This document shows, piece after piece, positions 18,123-29,900 of a DNA stretch of 64,000 bases (within the stretch, counting starts at the first letter, position 1; every line of letters begins with the position of its first letter). The DNA is from Thermoplasmata archaeon (GTDB taxonomy: Archaea > Thermoplasmatota > Thermoplasmata > Halarchaeoplasmatales > Halarchaeoplasmataceae), in assembly GCA_003554965.1 (NCBI GenBank), contig PWHR01000063.1:30134-94133 (forward strand), written 5' to 3'. The notes below the pieces were generated by a model. It worked only from the letters and a program-made list of their open reading frames with translations, made no database searches and was not told where the DNA came from. The position numbers and the translations under genes were made by a program.

Positions 18123-18893
18123 ATGTTCGAAGAAGCTAGCGAGAGTGATGTGACCCGTGCGATAGTGAGGCAGTTCGGCAAGCAGTTGGAAGAGCACGCT
18201 GATTCAGAAGTGATAGTTATAGGCGGCGGTCCGAGCGGTCTTATGGCCGCTAGAGACCTTGCTATGAAAGGTCGGAAGGTCCTGGTGGTCGAAAGGAACA
18301 ATTATCTTGGAGGAGGATTTTGGCTCGGCGGTTATCTGATGAATACGGTAACCGTTAGACCGCCTGGAGAAGAGATCTTAGATGAGTTGGGCATCCCCTA
18401 TGAGAAGGACGGTGATCTTTACACTACCATGGGACCACATGCGTGTTCTAAACTGATCTCAGAGGCATGCGACGAAGGTATAAAGATACTGAATATGACG
18501 GAATTCGAAGACGTAGTCCTAAGAGAGAACGAGAGAGTAGGAGGCGTGGTGATCAATTGGACCCCGGTTTCTGAGCTACCTAGACAGATCACCTGTGTGG
18601 ATCCGATCTCGTTGGAAGCCGATCTAGTGATAGACTCAACAGGTCATGATGCCTGCGTGGTAAGTAAATTGGAAGAGAGAGGTATGATGGAGACCAGAGG
18701 TTTCGGTGGGATGTGGGTCGACAAATCTGAAGATCTGGTCGTAGAACATACTGGAAAAGTACACGACGGCCTTGTTGTAACGGGCATGGCGGTCTCAACG
18801 ACTTATGGACTTCCCAGGATGGGTCCCACATTCGGTTCGATGCTCCTTTCGGGTAGAAAAGGAGCTGAAGTCGCTCATGAACTCCTGGATTGA
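18123..18893 (+). CDS. thi4: Thi4-family thiazole synthase (Cys-type)
   Basis: [39 protein letters not shown]. Confidence 0.92.
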   Translation: MFEEASESDVTRAIVRQFGKQLEEHADSEVIVIGGGPSGLMAARDLAMKGRKVLVVERNNYLGGGFWLGGYLMNTVTVRPPGEEILDELGIPYEKDGDLYTTMGPHACSKLISEACDEGIKILNMTEFEDVVLRENERVGGVVINWTPVSELPRQITCVDPISLEADLVIDSTGHDACVVSKLEERGMMETRGFGGMWVDKSEDLVVEHTGKVHDGLVVTGMAVSTTYGLPRMGPTFGSMLLSGRKGAEVAHELLD

Positions 18894-19638
18894 ACTCCCA
18901 TTCGAAAAGATATTCCTCTACATAGAAGAGCAAGACCACATCGATACAAAAGATTTGAAAGGGTTTATAGAAGAGAAAACTGACCGTCCCGTCGAACTCA
19001 AGGGTGGTTTTTTCCAGGAAAAGTACCACGAGGGTTTAGAAGAAAAGATCGCCGGTACAAGAGTTCGGGAAAAAACAGAAAGGGTCTTTCAGGAACCTCT
19101 TCCCAAAGAAGTCGAGATAGAGAGAAGGATCATAAAAGAAGGTAAAGAGATTCTAGGGATCATCTATGATGGATTTAGATTAACCCAGATCATGAGGCAG
19201 CTGTTGACTCAGGAAGAGAAAAGGGAGCATACAGTTGCGGTAACGAAAAGAACTGTCGGCACTCTAGAGAAGAACGAGAACCGTTATCACGTGAGGGTTA
19301 TCTTGGCTTCTATCCCTTCCTTAGTCTCACTTTCTGGCATAGTAGAAGGTCCTGCTAAACCAAGAGATTACTATTTAGCGGAAAGAGGAGAGAAGGAGAA
19401 AACTCTAGATTTTCAGCCCATGCATCACGATGATGAAAGGATGCAGAGCGCAGTAGAATCCTATCTACTTCAAACGATATTTTGGCGCTTGGTGGGTGAT
19501 CCTTTCTGTAGTAGAGAAAAGTGCTGTCTATACAATTCGCACTGGCAGAAAGAGGTGATCGAGAATCAGCTCGACGGTGAGTTATGTGGTGAGCACCGTG
19601 AGACTCTAAATCAGTTCAGAGAGGAAAAGCTTTCTTAA
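18877..19638 (+). CDS. Archaemetzincin-like Cys-cluster protein lacking HEXXH
   Basis: C-terminal [17 protein letters not shown]...LCGEH and central IYDGF motif; start overlaps the thi4 stop. Confidence 0.55.
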   Translation: MNSWIELPFEKIFLYIEEQDHIDTKDLKGFIEEKTDRPVELKGGFFQEKYHEGLEEKIAGTRVREKTERVFQEPLPKEVEIERRIIKEGKEILGIIYDGFRLTQIMRQLLTQEEKREHTVAVTKRTVGTLEKNENRYHVRVILASIPSLVSLSGIVEGPAKPRDYYLAERGEKEKTLDFQPMHHDDERMQSAVESYLLQTIFWRLVGDPFCSREKCCLYNSHWQKEVIENQLDGELCGEHRETLNQFREEKLS

Positions 19639-19645
19639 TGGATCG

Positions 19646-19822
19646 TTATTTACCTTTCACCGAGAGGACACGCCATTCTCCGTCCTCTTCTTTCACCGTG
19701 AGTGTCTGGCCTTTTCTGTTCTCGAAAACATCGTCAAGGTAAAGGCCCATATTTTTGAAAACGGTCGGAGGAGCTGTGTAACCTTCTTCCAAGTTCATCT
19801 TGTTCGGTCTCAGTTTAACCAT
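19646..19822 (-). CDS. Small hypothetical protein (58 aa), below the ORF-track cutoff
   Basis: Manual translation MVKLRPNKMNLEEGYTAPPTVFKNMGLYLDDVFENRKGQTLTVKEEDGEWRVLSVKGK*; fills the gap; purine-rich agtgag upstream. Confidence 0.55.
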   Translation of the reverse strand: MVKLRPNKMNLEEGYTAPPTVFKNMGLYLDDVFENRKGQTLTVKEEDGEWRVLSVKGK

Positions 19823-19979
19823 ATTTTCTTATCTCACTATTTAATCCTCATTACAGTTTTTAATCTTTCCGCTCTGATAACGTCGTTATGTTTATAAGGT
19901 GCGAACAATGTATCATTTCATGTGAAAATTTCAAATATGAAAGGTACATGGTTAGGTACGTTAGGAAACAACGTTAGAA

Positions 19980-21182
19980 GTGATGATCATGAGCAGTGGT
20001 TTAGACGTCGAGAATATAAGAGAAGACTTCCCAGTCGTTGATGAGTATATATACTTCGACAGCGCATGTCTTAGTTTGAAACCTCACAGCGTAAGGAAAG
20101 CTGTGGATAGATATTATTCTGAATTTCCGGTTTGCGAGGGTAAGAGGAGTGCACATACACTCTCCACTAGACTCACGAAGGAGATCAAAAAAGGGAGACG
20201 ATCAGTGAAGGAATTATTGAACGCTTCAGAGGTAGATGAGATCGCATACACCAAGAACACTACCGAAGCCATAAATACGGTTGCGAGAGGGATGGGTCTA
20301 GAGAAAGGGGACAAAGTCCTGACGACGGATAAAGAGCATAATAGTAACTTGGTTCCCTGGTTGAAGATGAAAGAATCAGTTGGGATAGAATATGAGCAGG
20401 TCAGGACAGACGGGGAGGGTTCACTCGATATGGATGACCTGAAAGATAAATTGGGAGAGGATGTAGCAATGGTCTCGATGGTGCACACCTCTAATCTTGA
20501 TGGAACCACTATACCTGCTTCAGATATTGCAGATATGGTCCATGAAAATGATGCCTGTTTCATGTTGGATGGGGCACAGAGCGTACCGCATAAACCTGTA
20601 GATGTGGAAGATATCGATGTCGACTTCCTAGCTTTCTCTCTCCACAAGATGCTTGGACCTACAGGAGTAGGAGTCCTTTATGGCAAGAAGAGGTTTATGG
20701 AGGAACTCGAACCCCTGATCTACGGTGGCGGGGGTGTTAAAAGTACTAAATACGATGAAGTAACACTTCAGGATACACCTTCGAAATTTGAAGCCGGCCT
20801 TCAGAACTTTGCTGGATTGGCCGCAGTAAAACCTGCCGTGGATTATGTACAAGATTTAGGTATTGAGAATATAGAAGAGCATGAGATAAAACTCAACAGG
20901 ATAGCTACAGAGGAATTAGAAGATTTAGTGAGTATAGTAGGACCTCAGGAACCAGAAAAAAGATCTGGTATATTCAATTTCCACCTTGATCAACTCGGTT
21001 GTCATGAGATGACACTTCTGATGGATGAGCGAAACATACTCATGAGAGGAGGTATGCAGTGCGTACATTCCTGGTATTCTTATAGAGGTCTAGAGGGAGG
21101 GAACAGAGTTTCTTTCTATCTTTACAATACTGAAAAAGAGGTAATGCGCTTCGTTGAGGTATTGAAAGACTTATTTCACTAA
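19980..21182 (+). CDS. Cysteine desulfurase / class V aminotransferase (SufS-like)
   Basis: YFDSA, EHNSN, DGAQS, SLHKMLGP (PLP Lys) and RGGMQC (catalytic Cys position). Confidence 0.85.
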   Translation: MMIMSSGLDVENIREDFPVVDEYIYFDSACLSLKPHSVRKAVDRYYSEFPVCEGKRSAHTLSTRLTKEIKKGRRSVKELLNASEVDEIAYTKNTTEAINTVARGMGLEKGDKVLTTDKEHNSNLVPWLKMKESVGIEYEQVRTDGEGSLDMDDLKDKLGEDVAMVSMVHTSNLDGTTIPASDIADMVHENDACFMLDGAQSVPHKPVDVEDIDVDFLAFSLHKMLGPTGVGVLYGKKRFMEELEPLIYGGGGVKSTKYDEVTLQDTPSKFEAGLQNFAGLAAVKPAVDYVQDLGIENIEEHEIKLNRIATEELEDLVSIVGPQEPEKRSGIFNFHLDQLGCHEMTLLMDERNILMRGGMQCVHSWYSYRGLEGGNRVSFYLYNTEKEVMRFVEVLKDLFH

Positions 21183-21466
21183 ACTTCAACATCATCTTCG
21201 ATCATAGATGTGAATCGGTCGAAAAGTTCGTCTACCTTTTTTTTGTCGGTGGTTTTGAAAAGTAGTTTCCCGGAGGGATAGATGCCTATCTCCACATCAA
21301 GATCAACATCTTTCACAAGCAGGATCACATCGGAGGAAAACTCTATCTCGTATCCTTTATCCTTCAAGGGTTTTTCGAAGACCTGAGGATCGAGTTTTAT
21401 CTCATCTTCCGGCTCGGCTCTATAGGCGCCAGAATCCGAACACGGTTCTACCACATCGTACATCAC
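21179..21466 (-). CDS. Conserved-looking hypothetical protein
   Basis: Acidic composition typical of this genome; IYPSGKLLFK motif; convergent overlap with the desulfurase stop. Confidence 0.6.
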   Translation of the reverse strand: MMYDVVEPCSDSGAYRAEPEDEIKLDPQVFEKPLKDKGYEIEFSSDVILLVKDVDLDVEIGIYPSGKLLFKTTDKKKVDELFDRFTSMIEDDVEV

Positions 21467-21566
21467 AATTTAGATAGAAGGAAGTCTTTATACTATTTTC
21501 GGCAGTCTTGATAGATCATTAAGGAAGGGATACGTTAATAACCCCCTTATATTATGAGGATTCACA

Positions 21567-21863
21567 ATGCGATGCGAAGAGTTCGTTAGAGAGTATCTCC
21601 CATCCGTGAAAGCCGAACTTGGAAGGATACTCTGTGAGGAATGTGATTTCACACAGACTGAGGTCTCCGAGATGCTGGATATAACTCAGCCTGCGGTTTC
21701 ACAGTACCTTCAGGAGAAAAGAGGGAAGAACAAAAGGTTCAGTGAACCGATCAAAGAGGAGATCAAAGAGGTAGCCAAAGAGGTTTGTGAACTGAATAGA
21801 TCCGGTGAAATCGATACGGAGAAAGTGGATGAGCTGATGTGCAGGATATGCAAAAAGATCTGA
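21567..21863 (+). CDS. HTH transcriptional regulator with Cys pairs
   Basis: TQTEVSEMLDITQPAVSQYL..KRG helix-turn-helix and terminal CRIC. Confidence 0.8.
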   Translation: MRCEEFVREYLPSVKAELGRILCEECDFTQTEVSEMLDITQPAVSQYLQEKRGKNKRFSEPIKEEIKEVAKEVCELNRSGEIDTEKVDELMCRICKKI

Positions 21864-21977
21864 AGCCTCTTACTTGTATCTCTGTTTTCCGGTCTTTTGT
21901 GTTGAGTCAAGTCAGATTATAAAATCGAACCTCGAAAAGTTTTTTATCACTTGTTGTATTCGAAGAGAGTGATAATC

Positions 21978-22841
21978 ATGAATCAAGATGAATTAGAAGA
22001 CGCTCTTGTAGAAGCTATACAGAAAGCGGTCACGAGTGTCACCGATGAGACGGAGGACGCTCTAAAAAGCGCTAAAAATACCGAGAAGGATGAAGGTCCG
22101 AAGGTACAGTTGGATGCGATACTGGAAAATATAGAAGTAGGTAAGAATGAAAAAAGACCGATCTGTCAGGATACTGGGACCCAGACTTTTTTCATACAGG
22201 TGGGTGAAGATTTCCCCTCCATCGGCCAGCTAAAAGAAGCTGTGACCGACGCCGTGAAAGAGGCTACCGCTTCGGTTCCTTTGAGACCTAATGCCATAGA
22301 TCCAATAAGTGATGTCAACAGTGATGACAACACGGGCAGATTCATACCTGCATTACACTGGGAGGTGGTTGAAGGCGACGAAGCCTTGATACACGTCATC
22401 CCGAAAGGAGGAGGCAGTGAGAACATGAGCGAACTGGTGATGATGACTCCTGGAAAGGGTTTGAAGGGAGTGAAGGAGATAGTTCTAGATAGGATAGCTG
22501 AGATGGCTGGAAAACCCTGTCCTCCGACGGTCGTAGGAGTCGGCATAGGTGGAGGAGCTGACCTAGCCATGGAGTTGGCAAAGAAAGCTCTTCTCCGGCC
22601 TGTAGGCGAAAAACATCCAGAAGAGAGAGTTGCTGAGCTAGAAAGAGAGCTTGAAGAAAAGGCTAATGAGTTGGGAGTGGGTCCGATGGGAGTCGGTGGA
22701 AAGACCACCGTACTGGATGTGAAGATCGAGTACGCACACAGGCATCCTGCTTCTTTCCCTGTAGCTGTTCTACCCCAGTGCTGGGCGAATCGGCAGGCTA
22801 AAGTCAAGATAGATTCTGATGGAAAAGTAGAGGTGATATGA
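21978..22841 (+). CDS. Class I fumarate hydratase / tartrate dehydratase, alpha subunit
   Basis: PICQDTG, KGGGSEN, PCPP..VGVGIGG, HPAS.PVA, CWA.R. Confidence 0.92.
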   Translation: MNQDELEDALVEAIQKAVTSVTDETEDALKSAKNTEKDEGPKVQLDAILENIEVGKNEKRPICQDTGTQTFFIQVGEDFPSIGQLKEAVTDAVKEATASVPLRPNAIDPISDVNSDDNTGRFIPALHWEVVEGDEALIHVIPKGGGSENMSELVMMTPGKGLKGVKEIVLDRIAEMAGKPCPPTVVGVGIGGGADLAMELAKKALLRPVGEKHPEERVAELERELEEKANELGVGPMGVGGKTTVLDVKIEYAHRHPASFPVAVLPQCWANRQAKVKIDSDGKVEVI

Positions 22842-23425
22842 TGAAGCTCATAGAGACCCCTATAGATCCTGAAGAGATCGAAAAATTAGAAGTCGGCGAC
22901 GCATTTTACATCACCGGTACTATATTCACAGCTAGGGATGCGGCTCATGAAAAATTGCTAGAGATAGACGATGATGAGGTGCCTATTGATCCTTCAAAGT
23001 ACGCGATGTTCCACTGCGGTCCCGCGATAACTAAAGAGGAAGGTGAATGGAAAGTGGTCTCTGCTGGACCTACTACAAGCATAAGGATGGAGATTTTTGA
23101 AGATGACTTCATCGAAAGGTTCGGGACCAAGATAATCATAGGTAAAGGTGGCATGGCCGAAAGAACTCTGAAAGCTCTCGGTGAAAATGGTGCCGTATAC
23201 TGTCAATACACTGGAGGTGCAGGAGCTCTGATGGCAAACGCCATAAAGGAAGTTGAAGACGTTCATTTCTTGGAAGAACTCGGAGTGCCTGAAGCCATAT
23301 GGATGTTCAGAGTAGAGGAGGCCGGACCTTTCCTAGTGACCATGGATTCCCACGGTAACAGTATACATGATGACGTGGATCAAGAGGTAAGCAAGAACCT
23401 TGAGAAGGTTAAAGCGGACCTTTAA
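22838..23425 (+). CDS. Class I fumarate hydratase, beta subunit
   Basis: ARDAAH, HCGP, AGPTTS.RM, IGKGG; ATGA overlap with the alpha subunit. Confidence 0.92.
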   Translation: MMKLIETPIDPEEIEKLEVGDAFYITGTIFTARDAAHEKLLEIDDDEVPIDPSKYAMFHCGPAITKEEGEWKVVSAGPTTSIRMEIFEDDFIERFGTKIIIGKGGMAERTLKALGENGAVYCQYTGGAGALMANAIKEVEDVHFLEELGVPEAIWMFRVEEAGPFLVTMDSHGNSIHDDVDQEVSKNLEKVKADL

Positions 23426-23437
23426 AGCTTACTTACG

Positions 23438-24169
23438 ATGAAGAGCGCAGTTGAAGAACTCAGACGAGCCGATCATATAGTGGTCCTGACAGGGGCCGGT
23501 ATGTCAGTGGAGAGCGGCATCGCTCCTTTCCGAGGAGAAGATGGGCTTTGGAGTGAATTCGACCCGCAGGAGATGGCCAGCGTTACAGGGTTCAGCAAGC
23601 ACCCGGAGAGGTGCTGGCAATTGTTCAGATTACAGATCGAAGAATGTTTTGGAGCAAAACCTCACGAGGGTTATGAAGCCCTGGTAGAGATGGAAGATCA
23701 CGGCCTTGAAGCGGTGATAACTCAGAACGTCGATGGGCTTCATCAGAAAGCTGGAAGTAAAAAAGTATTGGAACTTCACGGCACCTTGAACGAGCTGGTG
23801 TGTGATTCCTGTGGGAACAGAAAAGATACTGAGGAGATGGTCGGGGAGATATTGGATGGAGAGATACCGTACTGTGAGTGTGAAGCGGTGATGAGACCCG
23901 ATGTGGTGCTCTTCGGCGAACCACTCCCTCAAAATACGCTCAACGAGGCTTGGTCGGCGGTGGAAGACACTTCTCTTATAATTAGCATAGGTACTTCCTC
24001 GGTAGTACAACCAGCCGCTTCTTTACCCTTAACGGCGAAGCGGAGCGGATCTACTATCATGGAAGTGAACGTTGAACCTACTCAGTTGACTCCTAGAGCT
24101 GATCATTTCCTTGAAGGGAAAGCTGGTGAGATATTACCTGAGCTGGTAGAAAGATTGAAAGATTTTTAA
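23438..24169 (+). CDS. cobB: NAD-dependent protein deacylase (Sir2/CobB)
   Basis: GAGMSVESGI..FRG, TQNVDGLH, HG, CxxC...CxC, RPDVVLFGE, GTS. Confidence 0.95.
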   Translation: MKSAVEELRRADHIVVLTGAGMSVESGIAPFRGEDGLWSEFDPQEMASVTGFSKHPERCWQLFRLQIEECFGAKPHEGYEALVEMEDHGLEAVITQNVDGLHQKAGSKKVLELHGTLNELVCDSCGNRKDTEEMVGEILDGEIPYCECEAVMRPDVVLFGEPLPQNTLNEAWSAVEDTSLIISIGTSSVVQPAASLPLTAKRSGSTIMEVNVEPTQLTPRADHFLEGKAGEILPELVERLKDF

Positions 24170-24171
24170 TT

Positions 24172-25041
24172 TTACAGCTTTTCTTCTAAGATCTCGCCGA
24201 TCTCAGTGGGCATCCTTGCTACAGAAACTCCAGCTCCTTCCAGAGCTTCGATCTTCGATTCAGCGGTTCCGGTACCGCCTTCCGAGACGATAGCTCCTGC
24301 ATGTCCCATCCTTTTACCTTTCGGTGCGGTCCTTCCCGCGATGTAAGCTACAACGGGCTTGCTGTAACCTTCTTCGATGAATTTTGCCGCTTTTTCTTCT
24401 GCGCTTCCACCTATCTCTCCTATCATGATCACCGCATCGGTCTGATCGTCTTTTTCGTAATGTTTCAATGCATCGATGAAGTCCATGCCCACGATTGGAT
24501 CTCCACCTAAACCGAATGCCGTTGACTGCCCGAATCCTTTCTTAGTGATGGTGTTCACTATCTCATAGGTAAGGGTACCGCTCCTTGATACTAGGCCTAC
24601 ATTTCCCTCTTCAAATATATGATTGGGCATTATCCCTACCTTGCTCTTTCCGGGAGATATTATGCCAGGAGTGTTCGGCCCAATGATAGTGGTACCCGAA
24701 TTTTCGGCCATGCGCATGAATTTCGCTGTGTCCTGGACCGGTATGCTTTCCGTTATGATTACCACGGGATCCATACCTGCATCGATAGCTTCCATGGCTG
24801 CATCCTTTGAAAACGGTGCGGGAACGAAGATGATGGATGCGTTGGCTCCAGTTTCTTCTTTAGCCCTCTCAACGGTATTGAATACAGGAACGCCATTGAT
24901 TTTCTTCCCGCCTTTGCCCGGAGTGACACCTGCAACGACTTCAGTGCCGTATTCCATCATGTAATCGCTGTGGAACTTACCCTGCTGACCCGTGATACCT
25001 TGCACCACAACTTTCGTATCTTCATCTATTATTATGCCCAT
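24172..25041 (-). CDS. sucD: Succinyl-CoA synthetase alpha subunit
   Basis: [35 protein letters not shown] with the phospho-His. Confidence 0.96.
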   Translation of the reverse strand: MGIIIDEDTKVVVQGITGQQGKFHSDYMMEYGTEVVAGVTPGKGGKKINGVPVFNTVERAKEETGANASIIFVPAPFSKDAAMEAIDAGMDPVVIITESIPVQDTAKFMRMAENSGTTIIGPNTPGIISPGKSKVGIMPNHIFEEGNVGLVSRSGTLTYEIVNTITKKGFGQSTAFGLGGDPIVGMDFIDALKHYEKDDQTDAVIMIGEIGGSAEEKAAKFIEEGYSKPVVAYIAGRTAPKGKRMGHAGAIVSEGGTGTAESKIEALEGAGVSVARMPTEIGEILEEKL

Positions 25042-25119
25042 GTATGGAGGATATAGATGAAATAATTAAACCCTTCGATTCCTTCGTTAAAGATAACTTC
25101 ATACTTTAAACCTGACACC

Positions 25120-25743
25120 TCAAACACCTTTCTCATCGCCCCAGATGACCTTATGAAGCTGAGGAAGCACACGAACGTTGAGCCCATCTTCCATCACCCA
25201 TCCTGCTAGATCTTTGAGATTTTCGTTGTCCACTGCCTGAAAAATTATCTCACAGTTTAGGTCATAGTTCTCTAAGATGCTACGACTGAATTCGAAATCT
25301 TCTTTATCAAGTATCACGAACTTGAGTTGGTCTTTTTCCCTTAAAAAATCTAGATTTCTGTCAAGCATCTCATCGTACATGTTCGAGGAGAGCACCTTAT
25401 AATCCATCGATACCCTCACGTCTCTGCCCACCAACTTTTCCACATCTATAGAGCCGTTGGTCTCAACGCTCACCTTGTACCTATCCTCTATTAAATCTAT
25501 CAGCTCGTAGACGTCATCTTGAAGCAGAGGTTCTCCTCCCGTGATACAGATGCGCTGGCAACCTATCTCCTCCAACTTCTTTTTTATCCTTTCCACTTTG
25601 ATTTCTTTCCCACCCTCCCAGGCGTATTTCGTGTCACACCATTCACAGCGCAGATTACAGCCGCTGGTCCTGACGAAGGTGGTGGGAAGGCCTATATCTT
25701 TACCTTCACCCTGGATCGAATGAAATATCTCTGAGACCTTCAT
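25120..25743 (-). CDS. queE: 7-carboxy-7-deazaguanine synthase (radical SAM)
   Basis: SIQGEG, FVRTSGCNLRCEWCDT, TGGEPL, ETNG, PQLHK. Confidence 0.92.
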   Translation of the reverse strand: MKVSEIFHSIQGEGKDIGLPTTFVRTSGCNLRCEWCDTKYAWEGGKEIKVERIKKKLEEIGCQRICITGGEPLLQDDVYELIDLIEDRYKVSVETNGSIDVEKLVGRDVRVSMDYKVLSSNMYDEMLDRNLDFLREKDQLKFVILDKEDFEFSRSILENYDLNCEIIFQAVDNENLKDLAGWVMEDGLNVRVLPQLHKVIWGDEKGV

Positions 25744-25848
25744 AGGATGAGATTGTTTTGGAGGTATAAAAATGGAATGGTCAGCTTGTACCTACTCGCT
25801 TTATGCAAAGGGAACCAAAGATTTATTTCCCGAACATCATTTCGGGTG

Positions 25849-26973
25849 ATGATGAAAGTAGGATTCATCATAAATCCCATAGCGGGAATGGGAGGAAGAG
25901 TCGGTTTGAAAGGGACCGACGGCGTCTACGAAAAGGCGTTGGAACTCGGGGCTGAACCTGTGGCAAAAGAAAGAGCGGAGAAAGCACTCCAGAGGATGGA
26001 AAAAGAACACGTCTGGTACACAGCCGGTAATATCTTAGGCGAAGAACTGCTGGAACAGATCTTTCCTGAAGACGAGATCAAAGTAGTCTATGAATGTGAA
26101 AAAGAAACTATAGGTAAAACAACCCCAGAAGACACTCACCAGGCGGTCAGAGCTTTTTTGGAAGAGGATGTTGACCTGATAATCTTCTGTGGAGGAGACG
26201 GTACCGCGAGAGATGTTTTCGAAGAAGTCGATAAGAAGGTACCTATACTTGGAATACCCGCCGGAGTCAAGATGCACAGCGGCTGTTTCGGCGTGAATCC
26301 GGAAGCGAGTGCGGAACTCTTCAACCAGTTCGTTTCCGGCGAAGCGGACGTTTCCGAAGTGGAGATAATGGATCTAGACGAGGAGAGGTACAGGCAGGGT
26401 GAATGGGAGATAAAACTCCACGGTGAAGCTTTGAGCATCTACGAGCCGCATTATATCCAGCTCGGAAAGCAGAGCTTCAGATCTGTTGACCAGGAGGAAC
26501 AGAAGAGGAATATAGCGGATTTCCTGATAGAGGAGATGGAGAACAATCCCGATGACCTTTTCGTCCTCGGACCAGGTTCGACGACCGCGAAGATAAACGA
26601 ACTTTTAGATCTAGATCATACCATACTAGGAGTAGATCTTTTGAAGAACTGTCAGCTGATCGAATTGGACGTGGCTGAGAAAGAGATACTGGAACATGCT
26701 GAGGATGCAGAGGGAGTGAGGATAGCGGTATCCATGATAGGAAATCAGGGCTTCTTCCTGGGGAGAGGTAACCAGCAGATAAGTCCAGAAGTTGTGAAGA
26801 GAGCAGGTTTGGACAACATCTACATACTCTCCACACCCACAAAGCTCAAGAAGACTTCCAAGCTCAGAGCCGACACTGGAAACGAAGAACTGGATGAGAA
26901 AATAAAGGATAAGAAGTACATGAAAGTGGTTCAGGGTTACAGAGAATATAAACTCGTAGAAATACAGGTTTGA
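25849..26973 (+). CDS. ATP-NAD/AcoX kinase family protein
   Basis: NPIAGMGG.VGLKGTDG, GGDGTARD, GVKMHSG, GFFLGRGNQQ; RBS gggtg before ATG 25849. Confidence 0.85.
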   Translation: MMKVGFIINPIAGMGGRVGLKGTDGVYEKALELGAEPVAKERAEKALQRMEKEHVWYTAGNILGEELLEQIFPEDEIKVVYECEKETIGKTTPEDTHQAVRAFLEEDVDLIIFCGGDGTARDVFEEVDKKVPILGIPAGVKMHSGCFGVNPEASAELFNQFVSGEADVSEVEIMDLDEERYRQGEWEIKLHGEALSIYEPHYIQLGKQSFRSVDQEEQKRNIADFLIEEMENNPDDLFVLGPGSTTAKINELLDLDHTILGVDLLKNCQLIELDVAEKEILEHAEDAEGVRIAVSMIGNQGFFLGRGNQQISPEVVKRAGLDNIYILSTPTKLKKTSKLRADTGNEELDEKIKDKKYMKVVQGYREYKLVEIQV

Positions 26974-26996
26974 AGCTCTTCTGTTTTTAAAAAAAT

Positions 26997-29900
26997 TTAG
27001 TATTTTCCTATCTCTAACAAGATATCAGCGAATGGTGTGTCTCTTTCTAGAGAACACCACTCTTCATGGCCGCACTCCTTGAACAGCTCGACAGCCTCTT
27101 CCAATTTCTGCATAGCTTCTTCCTTCTCACCGATCCGCTTCAACATCCTACTCCAATCAAAAAGGACTTTCGCTTTTTCTTTTTTGTTACCCATCTCATC
27201 GAATATCTCAAAGGCTTTACGATACCCTTCGCTAGCCTGGTACCAGTGATCCTGATCGTAATATATGTTGCCTCTAAGATGGGTTGATTTTCCGTTTTCG
27301 ATCTCCGCTCCCATCTCACGAGCGTGTTTTAGGGACTCTTTTATGAGTTCATGGGCCTCCTGTACTTTCCCATCCGCCATATATATCTCGGCCATAAGGC
27401 GATGGTTGATTATCTCAAATTTTTTGTCCATAAAGTTCTTACCTATAGTCTTGCTATGATCTATGTATAATCTGGATTTTTCGATATCTTTCTTGAGCTT
27501 ATGGAGTTTTCCAAGATAACTCAAAGTTATACCCATCCCATATTCATTGTCGATCTTTCTGAAGATATCTAGAGCTTCGTTGAAAAGTGATTCAGCTCTG
27601 TCCAGTTCACCGATCTCCATGTGGACAGTCCCTTTCTCAACTGAAGTTTCTGCGATACCCTGGGTGAAATCCTTTTTCTTCCTTATATCAAGGCTCTTTC
27701 TGAAGTGATCTAATGCTTTGTTCAGATCCCCTTTTTCTCTGTAGACTTTTCCCAGATTGTAATGAACCAGTCCTACACCGTGTTTTTCGCCCTGCTTTGT
27801 CTTGAGTTTTAAAGTAGCTTTGAATAGTTTCAGGGCTCTATCCAATTTTCCCTTGTCGTATTCGATAACACCTATATTCTGGAAGGTTGATGCCATGCCT
27901 TTTTTATCTTCCATGCTCTTCTCGATATCGAGGCACTTTTCATGGTACTCTAGGGCTTTATCCAGCTCACCCATATCGTTGTAGATTATACCCATGTTTG
28001 ACAGGGCATCTGGGTCTCCTTTTTTCAAACCGGACTTCCTTGTCAACCTATCAGCTTCTTTGAACTCTTCCAGCGCGGTATCATAACGCTGGTCATGCCT
28101 GTAGATGACCCCTAGATTGTTCCTTGATTTCGCTATCATCTCGATATCATCTACCATCTCGCTGATCTCGATCGCTCTCTGCAGATATATCTCCGCCGTA
28201 TCATAATCTGACCGATAATATCCTATAGAACCCAAGTAATGATACACTTCTGCTTCGACTCTAGGTATATTGAGGTTCATGCTTCTATCTTCGAGATCCT
28301 TTAAGATCTCTTCAGCCCTGTCGAATTCGTTCTTCCTCATGTATGTGATAGCTTTCTCTTTGAGACATCTACATCTTTCTTCTTCTAGCAGTTCTTTCTC
28401 CCCTTCTATCTGATCGATTGTTTCTAGAGATCTTTGGACAGATTCGAGTGCTTTATCGAAATCACCTCTCCTTCGGAGTGAGCTTGAAAGTTTCCTCTCC
28501 AACCTCTGTTCGTCGAAGAGATCTTCTGATAGATCTTTAGCCTTCTTTAAATACTTCTCTCCCTTTTTCAATGAACCCCTTTTGATCTCTATCTCGCCCA
28601 ATTTTTCAAATAATTTACGGCGGTAATGTCTCTTTTCTGGAACGCTCTTTTGGATCCTCATGGCTCTCTTATACATGACGATAGCGTTTTCGATTTCATA
28701 TTCTTTTTCAGCTCTTTCTCCCGCTTTGATATAGTGTTTCAACGCTTCTTCATGATTTTCAGACCTAGCATGATGCCTAGCAAGACGAGAAAAATATTCT
28801 TCTTCATCACGGTCATAGTAATCAACAAATAATTCCGCTATCTCCGCATGCTTTTTTCTCCTATAATCCTCGTCAAGATCGCGATATAGTGAGAGCCTGA
28901 TGAGTTCGGTTGGAAACGTGATCATACCACTGATCGGTGTCTCTATAAGATTTGAACTTTTGACCTTTTCAACCGCTGATCCGATCTCTTCCTTTTTTCC
29001 ATCTATCAACTCTGAAAGGATATCTGTCAGTACCTCTCTTTCAAAGAAACTAGATAGGTAAACTACATCTTTCTCTATTTCATCAAAATCTTCTAATCTT
29101 TCTATATAAAATCTCTTGATCCTTTCGGGTATCACCATCTCTTTATTGAGATCAGGATAACGTCCCTCTACAGGGTCTAGCGTACCTCTTTCCAATAACT
29201 CGTCTAGGTATGCCTCGATGAAGAGAGGGAGACCATCGGTTATATTTTGTAAAGAGTTGACAAAACTGTCCGGTATGTTCCTCCTTCCGATCCTTTCAAC
29301 TATCATCTCCCTTATCCCTTTCCACCCGAGAGTTTTTACTTCGAGCACTCTAGACACATCCAAACTTTCCAGCTTCTTTATACTATCCTTCACATCACCT
29401 TTCAGATCATCTTCACGATAGGTACCAAGAAACTGAACTGGATGCTTCTTCAATTCTTCGGAGAGGTATTGGTAGAGTTCTATCAAAGGACCGGTCGCTC
29501 GATGCAAGTCATCAAAAGAAAGGATCAGAGGGTTTTTTTCGGCTCGACTTTTTAACCGACCCGATAGGTCTTCTCGCTGTATATCTTCTTCCAAGACTCT
29601 ATATCCTTCCTCGACTTCAGAGGAGATCAGATCGGTAAAAATTTTTTTAGAACCCTCGTCCACAACTATTGATCCTCCGTTGCATTTCCAATCAAAGAAG
29701 TCGATGTCTAGATCACATACATACTTCTCGCTCTCTTCGATGAGTCTAGATTTACCAGCGCCCAAGGGACCCTTAAAAAGGATCATCCCTTCATCTTCGT
29801 ATCCTTCCTCTAGAAGGCCATCGATCCTTTCTTTCAGAAGATCCATCTCCTCCTCGCGGTCTACGAAAGCATGCTTCTTTCCGATATTATCAAGATTGAT

